From an uncultured virus (IMG/VR IMGVR_UViG_3300028888_000132) (taxonomy: Duplodnaviria > Heunggongvirae > Uroviricota > Caudoviricetes), in the IMG/VR virus record IMGVR_UViG_3300028888_000132: a DNA stretch of 64,000 bases. One strand, written 5' to 3'. Numbering within the stretch: position 1 is the stretch's first letter; each line of letters opens with the position of its first letter. Under the pieces are notes generated by a model that saw only the letters and a list, made by a program, of their open reading frames with translations, made no database searches and had not been told where the DNA came from. The position numbers were made by a program, and so were the translations under genes. This document shows, piece by piece, positions 57,083-64,000 of the stretch.

Positions 57083-58129
57083 ATGGCAAACTCTAATGGC
57101 ATAATCAGTGGCAGTGTAAGGCAGATAGCTGATGTCAAGACTGTCTTGGGTGAGAGTGTGAATACCCTCAGTGGCTTGTGTAAGTCCACGAAGATAAATA
57201 TGTGGGCAAAATACAAGCCAGTACAGTTTACAGGCACACGCTCTACTACTTGGTGGAAAGGCAGATTGCTTGATTGTGGGATTGAACCTTATAAGCTATC
57301 ATCAAGGACAAGTGTTGCTGATATAGTGAATCATTGTGATGGTACTGCTAATGGGTGGTCATACTACGGAAGACCCAATGGCTCTACATATCCTTATAGG
57401 CTATTAGATTTCCAAGGTTATAATCACAATGCCACGCCACCAGTAAATAGCTTCACTCTTGGAGCAACTACAATAAGCAACAAATCGGGTGACAAGCTGT
57501 CGGCATATATTACTATCAGATACAATGCAAGTGGTGATATGCTTTCTCTGTCTGATATTGATGCCATTTCTCCATGCTATCTTGGTATCTATTGCAGAAG
57601 GAATGGTACTACAACTGGCTATGAAGGTTATTGCACAACAACTATAGGCAATGGCGGTGACTATGTGGAGGTGTCAACTAATGGTTGGACTGCTGGTACA
57701 TATAAGGTATATCCATTCCTTTCTACGGCAAGCAAGTCGGGTGTTGCTGCTGATTTCTACTCTATTCCCATGATGTCACCACCAACGCTCAGTGTTGTGG
57801 CAAGCACTGTTTCTATCGGTATATCTAAAGCTACTCGTAGTGGTTTCAATGTTAGTGTGACTGTCACTATTACCAATAATACATCTGCTTCTGTAACACT
57901 GACCAACAACACATGGAGGACAAGACCTAAGTATGAAGCAGAGAATGACCCTGAGACTGTTGAAGATATGAGTGGAACAATAGCCAATCAGACTGTGGCT
58001 GCTGGTGCATCCAAAACAGTGACATTCACCGCAAAGGTCACAGGAGATGCTGCTGACCCTACTTTTGGTGGAATGATATATGTGTACTTCAAATCTGCAA
58101 CATATAAGGCGGCAAGAGAGATTATTTAA
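57083..58129 (+). CDS. Putative virion/tail protein
   Basis: INMWAKYKPV..YRLLDFQGYNH N-domain plus Ig-like C-domain. Confidence 0.7.
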   Translation: MANSNGIISGSVRQIADVKTVLGESVNTLSGLCKSTKINMWAKYKPVQFTGTRSTTWWKGRLLDCGIEPYKLSSRTSVADIVNHCDGTANGWSYYGRPNGSTYPYRLLDFQGYNHNATPPVNSFTLGATTISNKSGDKLSAYITIRYNASGDMLSLSDIDAISPCYLGIYCRRNGTTTGYEGYCTTTIGNGGDYVEVSTNGWTAGTYKVYPFLSTASKSGVAADFYSIPMMSPPTLSVVASTVSIGISKATRSGFNVSVTVTITNNTSASVTLTNNTWRTRPKYEAENDPETVEDMSGTIANQTVAAGASKTVTFTAKVTGDAADPTFGGMIYVYFKSATYKAAREII

Positions 58130-58151
58130 CGAATTAAAAGAATAGAGAGAT

Positions 58152-59552
58152 ATGAGCAGAAATAGCGATAATACATTAATCTACTACCCAGTGAACACAT
58201 GGGATGTAGCCAAAGTCACAAGGAAAGGCTCTGGCGATGTGGGAACATTGTGTGGGGCAAATCAGATGATAAACAAGTTTGCCAAATACAAGCCTGTCAG
58301 ATTGCAGAATGTAATTGATTCCACCGTGATAAATGGGGTGCAACAGCTTAACACATCTACTAAGCAATGGCTGAGTACTGCTAACTGGTGGCGAGGCGAT
58401 GATGGTAAGTGTGGGCTGAATATAAATGTATATGACACTGAATACAAGCTGACACAGGGTTTTGAAAGTGATTGGGGGTATCTTCCTCCAAGAGGCAATA
58501 GTGTTACTCCTAAAGAGCCTTATAGACTGATAGACTTCAATTACTACAATCATTCAGCGCAAATGCCATTCCGTGCTACAATTATGGGAGATGCTTATGA
58601 CGAAGATGGATATGCAATATTCTATATCACTAATACTGCTGACAGAAAAGCCGTGTTTTGCCAATACACTTTCCCACAAGACGACACAGCTGTAAAGATT
58701 GAGGACTTGAAAACCAAAGATGGTAAAGGTATATTCCATAACTATGATAATTTGTATGTAGGCGTTCTAATGACTTTGGGGAAGGTGACACCTACTGCTA
58801 ATGCTCATGGAGTAATAAAGATTAATCCAAAGCCGATAGGGACTTCTATTAGCAGGGATGAAGAATGGGGCAACGGATATAACAGGACTATATATCTCAC
58901 AGAGGGAGAACTCAATGTCATTTCTGGCGGCACATGGTATGTATATCCATTCATTACTCCTAATGGTGTAAGGGATGAAGGAGGTGTAGATGTACCTATC
59001 AATCCTTGGAATGGAGATATAGGAAAGAATATAACATCTGTTCCTCCAGCTTTTGGATTGACAAGTATCTCATTGCCAACAACTCAGAATGGCGACACCA
59101 ATCCACCTGTTGTTATGAAGTCTTCTGTTGGCGGTGCAAACTGTACTACTTCAATGACAATCAGCAATCTTACTTGGGCTTCTGGTACTGGTACATTCCA
59201 ATTCAAGTTTACCATCGTAGCTTCCAATAGTGGTGTATTGGCATTTACCAGTACATCTAACTATCACATTTATGTGCTTGACCCAGACGATGTGAATTAT
59301 CAAGGAGCAGATGGATATTACCAAACGAAAAAGATTCTTGGTGTCATTACTCCAATGAGCGTGTATATAAATATCCTTGCAGGGTCTTCTGTTACTTATA
59401 CACAGACACATTGGGATAGCACGGCAACTAACGGTATAATGGTTGCATCAGAATACACACCATCCACAAGACCTCAGACAACGAGGTTGCAGATTATGAT
59501 TGTTTCTGATGATGGCAAATTCCTTGCTTGGGAGAATGTAAACTACAGATAA
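58152..59552 (+). CDS. Putative virion/tail protein, paralog of the previous gene
   Basis: INKFAKYKPV..YRLIDFNYYNH. Confidence 0.7.
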   Translation: MSRNSDNTLIYYPVNTWDVAKVTRKGSGDVGTLCGANQMINKFAKYKPVRLQNVIDSTVINGVQQLNTSTKQWLSTANWWRGDDGKCGLNINVYDTEYKLTQGFESDWGYLPPRGNSVTPKEPYRLIDFNYYNHSAQMPFRATIMGDAYDEDGYAIFYITNTADRKAVFCQYTFPQDDTAVKIEDLKTKDGKGIFHNYDNLYVGVLMTLGKVTPTANAHGVIKINPKPIGTSISRDEEWGNGYNRTIYLTEGELNVISGGTWYVYPFITPNGVRDEGGVDVPINPWNGDIGKNITSVPPAFGLTSISLPTTQNGDTNPPVVMKSSVGGANCTTSMTISNLTWASGTGTFQFKFTIVASNSGVLAFTSTSNYHIYVLDPDDVNYQGADGYYQTKKILGVITPMSVYINILAGSSVTYTQTHWDSTATNGIMVASEYTPSTRPQTTRLQIMIVSDDGKFLAWENVNYR

Positions 59553-59579
59553 CATATTAACCTTTAAATATTTAAAAGT

Positions 59580-59876
59580 ATGAGCGAATTTGTTATTAAG
59601 AGTTCTACGCTGAACTCAAATTACGAGTTTAAAGATGTGAATATCATCGTAAGTGGCAACTTCCAAAAGAATGCCAAAGATGGAAAATTGATTAGCATCA
59701 GTGGTGAGTGCTACCGCAATGTTGATGGCAACATGGGTGAGAGTTTCGGCTACTTCAATGGCTATCCAAGCCCCAACAGTGATGAAATGTCCTATGACCT
59801 CTCGCAGATGAAGCGTGCAGACAACAACATTGTTTGGGATGCTATCGAGGCTATTGAGGCAGAGGTGTTAAAGTAA
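59580..59876 (+). CDS. Hypothetical protein
   Basis: 98 aa. Confidence 0.7.
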   Translation: MSEFVIKSSTLNSNYEFKDVNIIVSGNFQKNAKDGKLISISGECYRNVDGNMGESFGYFNGYPSPNSDEMSYDLSQMKRADNNIVWDAIEAIEAEVLK

Positions 59877-59882
59877 GGAATA

Positions 59883-59935
59883 AAGGGGATAGGTCAAGGT
59901 GATAGCTGACTGACAAGCATTAGCTTCCCCTTTTT
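59883..59935 (+). terminator. Terminator-like hairpin
   Basis: AAGGGGA...TCCCCTT-TTT. Confidence 0.45.
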
Positions 59936-60015
59936 CAAGTTAAGAAAATCATTAATCATTAACATAAGCCGATTTTCAAGTTAAAGAAACGGCAAAATAT
60001 TAACATATAAAGAAC

Positions 60016-60477
60016 ATGAAAAAAGGAGATTTAATCAGCATTTGGCAGCTTGTTAAAGACAGCAAGTTTGGCAAGATGAGCAGTGAAGGCAAAACAAAGT
60101 ATGTAAAGATGATTGCTAAGTTAAGCCCTGTGGTAAAGGAGTTTGAAACTTACAGAGAAACTATTGCTGAGAAGTTAATGAGTGAGCATGAGAATTTCAA
60201 GGAGAACTTACAAGATGCACAGGTGTATGAAGCCTATCAGCAGGACAATACTAAGGATAAGCCTAAGATGACTGATAAGCAATACAAGGAGTTCACCAAG
60301 GTAGTAGAGAAGTACAACAAGGATTTCTTTGCTGCTATTAAGGAAGAGATGGATAAGGAGGTAGAAGTGAAGTATGACAAGCTGACCTCTGATGAGTTTG
60401 TGGGCTTCTGCGACAGTAATGACTTCACCACTACGCAGGCTTTGGCTTTGAGTGAGGTGATGAGCAATATTGACTAA
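60016..60477 (+). CDS. Hypothetical helical protein (possible fibre chaperone)
   Basis: 153 aa. Confidence 0.65.
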   Translation: MKKGDLISIWQLVKDSKFGKMSSEGKTKYVKMIAKLSPVVKEFETYRETIAEKLMSEHENFKENLQDAQVYEAYQQDNTKDKPKMTDKQYKEFTKVVEKYNKDFFAAIKEEMDKEVEVKYDKLTSDEFVGFCDSNDFTTTQALALSEVMSNID

Positions 60478-60496
60478 CCATAAAAATAAGATAAAG

Positions 60497-60673
60497 ATGA
60501 AAAAGTATTTTGTAGCATTATTGTGGCTCATCGTTTACTTGGTGGGCTTGGTAGGCGGTGTAGGATATGCTGCCTATAGTGGAGCATGGGTAATTGCAAT
60601 TTGCGTTGCCCTGCTCGGTGTGATGGCTTTTCCTAAAGCGAAGGAAGCCTTCAAGGTGTTAAGTAATGAATAA
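60497..60673 (+). CDS. Small two-TM membrane protein (lysis-associated?)
   Basis: MKKYFVALLWLIVYLVGLVGGVGYAAYSGAWVIAICVALLG. Confidence 0.6.
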   Translation: MKKYFVALLWLIVYLVGLVGGVGYAAYSGAWVIAICVALLGVMAFPKAKEAFKVLSNE

Positions 60674-60690
60674 GTAAGGAGGGGGTAGGA

Positions 60691-61215
60691 ATGTCGGATA
60701 ACAACTTTGGCAACGGACTGATTTGGGTAGCTTTCCTTGACGAGGGGCTGCAATGCGTAAGAGATTTGCGCTGGATGATTGTGCTATCAATCGTCCTTAT
60801 CTTCACGGATTTCTGGTGGGGATGGAGTGAGAGCCGAATGAAGTACAATCGTGCTACCTCGGACAAAGAACGGGATAAATTGCGCTTCCACAAGAGCAAG
60901 GCTATCAGACGGTCTGCCAACAAGTTCGTTGACTACCTGACCTACCTCTTAGTAGGCTGTGTGCTTGGCATGGCTATCCTTGAACCATTGGGGATATGCT
61001 CCCATGTGACAAGCGCAGCCGCAGGTCTTGGTCTTGGCTGCGTGGCTGATGTGATGAGCATTATAGGTCACTACTGCGCAGTCAAGGGCATAGACTTCGA
61101 TGCTTGGAAGTTCTTAAAGAAGCTCGTAGTTGTCTTTGTCAAGAAGAAGGACGAGGATATGGGCGAGGCATTGGAAGAGACAATTAATACTGAAAGCCAT
61201 GAAAATAATAATTGA
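60691..61215 (+). CDS. Holin
   Basis: TDFWWG..SKAIRRSANKFVDYLTY; TM segments; upstream of the endolysin. Confidence 0.75.
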   Translation: MSDNNFGNGLIWVAFLDEGLQCVRDLRWMIVLSIVLIFTDFWWGWSESRMKYNRATSDKERDKLRFHKSKAIRRSANKFVDYLTYLLVGCVLGMAILEPLGICSHVTSAAAGLGLGCVADVMSIIGHYCAVKGIDFDAWKFLKKLVVVFVKKKDEDMGEALEETINTESHENNN

Positions 61216-61657
61216 CAGGGTTTATAAGTACCCGAAGTACACCGTTGGCGAGGTGTATGTCAACGGCAACTTTTATTGCTATTCGATGGAAGACACAGAC
61301 AGAGGTCTTCATGTCGATATGCCTATGAGATATATGAGGGAGAGGAAGATATATGGCGAGACAGCTATCCCTTGTGGAACGTATGAAGTAATAATAGACT
61401 ACTCGCCCAAGTTCAAGAAGTATATGCCCCATGTTCTGTTTAGGAACGATGAGGACAAGCTGGTCGAAGTGCCTTGCTTTAGTGGCATTAGGATTCATCA
61501 AGGAAACACCGACAAGGACACTTTAGGTTGCCTTATGTTCGGGGATTGGCAAGGTGCTGCCACATTGGTAAAATCTAAACCTATAACGAGCAATCTCATT
61601 GATTCGATTCAGAGGGCAAGGAACAAGAAAGAGAAAGTAATCTTAGAAATACACTAA
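61199..61657 (+). CDS. Putative endolysin (DUF5675 family)
   Basis: YTVG..EDTDR..TAIPCGTY..GIRIHQGNT..DTLGC. Confidence 0.75.
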   Translation: MKIIIDRVYKYPKYTVGEVYVNGNFYCYSMEDTDRGLHVDMPMRYMRERKIYGETAIPCGTYEVIIDYSPKFKKYMPHVLFRNDEDKLVEVPCFSGIRIHQGNTDKDTLGCLMFGDWQGAATLVKSKPITSNLIDSIQRARNKKEKVILEIH

Positions 61658-61661
61658 ATAT

Positions 61662-61964
61662 ATGGAAAAGTATTTTGTAGGAACGGAATTGAAAATTGCC
61701 TTCAAGGTGGAATGTGATGGCTTCAATATGGAGACTGACGAATGGACTGCCACCGTCAAGAAAGGCAGCAAGTCTATTGTCTGCGACAAGACTAACAACA
61801 CGGCACACGATGTAGATGGGTGGTATCTGCTTATAGATTCTACTCAGCTTGGCAGTGGCAGATATGACCTCATTGTGGATATTGATGTTCCCGATGTCGA
61901 TTTCCCTGATGGATTAAGGCACGAGACATACAAGCAGGAACTCTTTACCGTCAGTGGAGTATGA
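61662..61964 (+). CDS. Ig-like/BppU-N-like structural protein (putative)
   Basis: VGTELKI..PDVDFPDGLRHE. Confidence 0.55.
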   Translation: MEKYFVGTELKIAFKVECDGFNMETDEWTATVKKGSKSIVCDKTNNTAHDVDGWYLLIDSTQLGSGRYDLIVDIDVPDVDFPDGLRHETYKQELFTVSGV

Positions 61965-62233
61965 GTTGCCTTACACTGAAAATAGGACTGCCACCGATAG
62001 GCATTGTATCTTCGGGTGCCAAGCATACGGGATGGTTTGATGTCGATGTCAAGAACAAGAATCCGAAGCTGACAGCTTCCAAGATAGGGAATATGATTGT
62101 TGATGTTGCCCTTATATGCCGTGCAAGCAATGGGTTCTACCTCCGTGTCAAGCCCTCAGAAGCTATGTGGATAACAGTCGGCAAGGGCATAGACTATCAG
62201 GTTATTTCCAACACCGATTGGATAATTGAGTGA
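61961..62233 (+). CDS. Hypothetical protein with BACON-like C-terminus
   Basis: YLRVKP..VISNTDWII. Confidence 0.55.
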   Translation: MSCLTLKIGLPPIGIVSSGAKHTGWFDVDVKNKNPKLTASKIGNMIVDVALICRASNGFYLRVKPSEAMWITVGKGIDYQVISNTDWIIE

Positions 62234-62251
62234 AATTAAAAACATATAATT

Positions 62252-62857
62252 ATGGCTTACGCAAATTGGTTACAACCGAGTAAAACAAGTGGTAGCGGAA
62301 ACGATACAGTCAACGTGTCTGCGCTATCATCCAACACTGGTAGAAATGCTCGTTCTACCACCGTCACTTTCAAGGCTGCGAACTGCGATGATGTTCTAAG
62401 GACTGTCCTCCAACAGGGAAAGCCCGAAACATCGGCAATACAAAGCACTGCTTCGGCTACACAAGCAGGAGGTACGGTCACTATCACTGGTACTTCTAAC
62501 TCATCCCAACTGACCTTTAGTTTGGGTACTGGTAACTTGACGCTTAACCTGCCTACATCTTATTCCGCAGGCGGTATAAGTACGGCTAATGGAGCAGCTA
62601 TCAGTGGCGACCCTGGAGCAGTGCAAGAGTTTACCTTTTCCATCGCTTTTACCGTCCCTGCCAATACTGATATTGATGCAAAGTCAAGGCAGATTATCGT
62701 CACCGACCACGCAGGAAATGCTCACACTTGTACTTTGACATTGGCTGCTGGCGAGGCTTACTTGACCGTTTCTCCTACATCAGTGGAGATTCCTTGGGAT
62801 GCTTCGGAAAGCAAGTCATTCACGGTTGAAAGCAACACCAACTGGACTATTGCATAA
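62252..62857 (+). CDS. BACON domain-containing protein
   Basis: WLQPSKTSGSGN..NTGRNARS..VESNTNWTI. Confidence 0.7.
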   Translation: MAYANWLQPSKTSGSGNDTVNVSALSSNTGRNARSTTVTFKAANCDDVLRTVLQQGKPETSAIQSTASATQAGGTVTITGTSNSSQLTFSLGTGNLTLNLPTSYSAGGISTANGAAISGDPGAVQEFTFSIAFTVPANTDIDAKSRQIIVTDHAGNAHTCTLTLAAGEAYLTVSPTSVEIPWDASESKSFTVESNTNWTIA

Positions 62858-63126
62858 TGGCTACCAAGAGTATTGCATGGCAGAATGGAAGTGGTAATAT
62901 CACGGTTACTTATTCGGGTAGCCGTGATGATACCGTTTCCGTTTCTTCAAGTGAGAATGACATCTACGAGGATAGGGAACAAGTAATTACTGTCAAGACA
63001 ACCGACAATGCAATATCGAGACAAGTGACAGTAAGACAAGGGATGAGAGAACCTAATCTGATAACTAAAGATGGTCATTGGATAGTTACAAAGAATGACA
63101 AGTATGTTATTGTAAAAGAAAGTTGA
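62857..63126 (+). CDS. BACON-like small protein
   Basis: SENDIYEDREQVITVKT..VTVRQ. Confidence 0.55.
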   Translation: MATKSIAWQNGSGNITVTYSGSRDDTVSVSSSENDIYEDREQVITVKTTDNAISRQVTVRQGMREPNLITKDGHWIVTKNDKYVIVKES

Positions 63127-63127
63127 T

Positions 63128-63352
63128 ATGGCTAATACAGCGCACCAGATAGATTATACAGACACGCAGTTGGATGAAGCGTTAGACAGGGCAATGACCG
63201 TTCCTGCCGTGTCAACCTCTGACAACGGCAAGATAATGGAGGTGGTTAGTGGAGCATGGGCTGCGGTGAAACCCGTAGCCATATATTCAGGTACATCTGC
63301 TCCAAGCAGCAGTCTTGGCAACAATGGTGACATCTATATTCAGACCTCATGA
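63128..63352 (+). CDS. Small structural protein (fibre-like motif)
   Basis: DNGKIMEVVSGAW..GTSAPSSSLGNNGDIYIQ. Confidence 0.55.
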   Translation: MANTAHQIDYTDTQLDEALDRAMTVPAVSTSDNGKIMEVVSGAWAAVKPVAIYSGTSAPSSSLGNNGDIYIQTS

Positions 63353-64000
63353 GCAGAACAATCAATGATACTGGTACAGAAAGCTCCCACCCAGTCAGCT
63401 ATGACAGTGGGTACTCTGCGTATAGTGTAAGTGGCTTGGATAATGCCCTGGCGGATTCCGATAGCACCACCTATGCCACCATTAACTTAACAAGAGGACA
63501 GAATGCTGAGACGATAATCTACTATAATTTCAACATTACTGGCATTCCAAGTGGTGCTACAATTAACTCAGTCAGCTGCTCTGCTAAGTGCTATATCAGC
63601 TCCACAAATTCAAGCCGTATTGCCACAAGGCAGATAAGATTGTATTCAGGCTCTACTGCTATGGGTTCTGCACACACAGTTTCCAACAGCACTACGGCTT
63701 TCAGTATGACTGCTGGAACATGGACTGCTGCACAGTTTGCTAATGCCAAGGTAAGGTTATATGCCAAGCGTGGTACAAGCAATACTACCACCAACTATTA
63801 CTTCAGGTTCTATGGAGCAACATTGACGGTTTCCTATACCTATCAAACAGTAGTCTATGAGGTAACTGCAAGTAGTAATGTCAGCGGAGTTACCATAGAG
63901 CCAGCCTCTCAAGAACAGGCACAAGGTGGTAATGCAACGGTAACACTTAACACAAATTCCAATATTAAATTGTTGGATAACAATACGGATGTTACATCGT
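63349..64000 (+). CDS. S/T-rich beta-sandwich structural protein, truncated by the window end
   Basis: Open from ATG 63349 (MSRTINDTG..IPSGATINSV..) to the end of the window. Confidence 0.7.
   Translation, partial: MSRTINDTGTESSHPVSYDSGYSAYSVSGLDNALADSDSTTYATINLTRGQNAETIIYYNFNITGIPSGATINSVSCSAKCYISSTNSSRIATRQIRLYSGSTAMGSAHTVSNSTTAFSMTAGTWTAAQFANAKVRLYAKRGTSNTTTNYYFRFYGATLTVSYTYQTVVYEVTASSNVSGVTIEPASQEQAQGGNATVTLNTNSNIKLLDNNTDVTS

Larger units (their letters stand above)
1..64000. mobile_element. Temperate Bacteroidota siphophage genome (partial; excised or virion form)
   Basis: Integrase with attP, CI-like repressor, RecT/YqaJ, terminase, portal, capsid, tail tube, tape measure, holin and endolysin; no host housekeeping genes. 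Confidence 0.95.

Noticed and set aside
59932..59990. Short direct repeat TTTTCAAGTTAA
   Set aside because: Only two AT-rich copies; no supporting context
1..64000. CRISPR array, stop-codon recoding, introns or inteins
   Set aside because: No regularly spaced repeat-spacer units; long genes are intact in the standard code with TAG, TGA and TAA all used as stops; TerL, capsid and helicase show no recognisable insertions

Overview
The whole window is part of a temperate siphovirus-type phage of a Bacteroidota (probably Prevotella-like) host. The host assignment rests on TTTG-N19-22-TAnnTTTG promoters, AT-rich leaders mostly lacking Shine-Dalgarno sites, and a Bacteroidota-type integrase, holin and BACON proteins. 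No host genes are present, and an intact attP (3' half of tRNA-Arg(UCU)) lies beside the integrase, so this is the excised or virion form. Layout: 1-13.5 kb leftward operon for DNA modification, replication and recombination (PAPS-reductase-like, two DNA MTases, DnaC-like loader, initiator, RuvC-like, YqaJ, RecT, Xis, antirepressor); 13.5-16.1 kb immunity and integration; 16.7-25.0 kb leftward array of about 20 small unknown genes plus a second tyrosine recombinase; 25.2-30 kb TerS-like gene, candidate pac/ori region, D5-like helicase and MuF; 30-33.3 kb inverted portal and TerL; 33.4-40 kb head and tail genes; 40-43.5 kb self-contained accessory cassette of unknown function; 43.6-60.5 kb tape measure, 2703-aa tail protein, aspartyl protease and further tail proteins; 60.5-64 kb lysis and BACON/structural genes. 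The most novel-looking signals are: a candidate trans-acting antisense sRNA complementary to an AGTACTAAC motif in several early-gene leaders; conserved GCC..GAGC attenuator hairpins next to a Com-like zinc finger; and the Gly-rich accessory cassette with its divergent structured RNA. All functional calls come from motif recognition by eye; no searches or folding programs were run.
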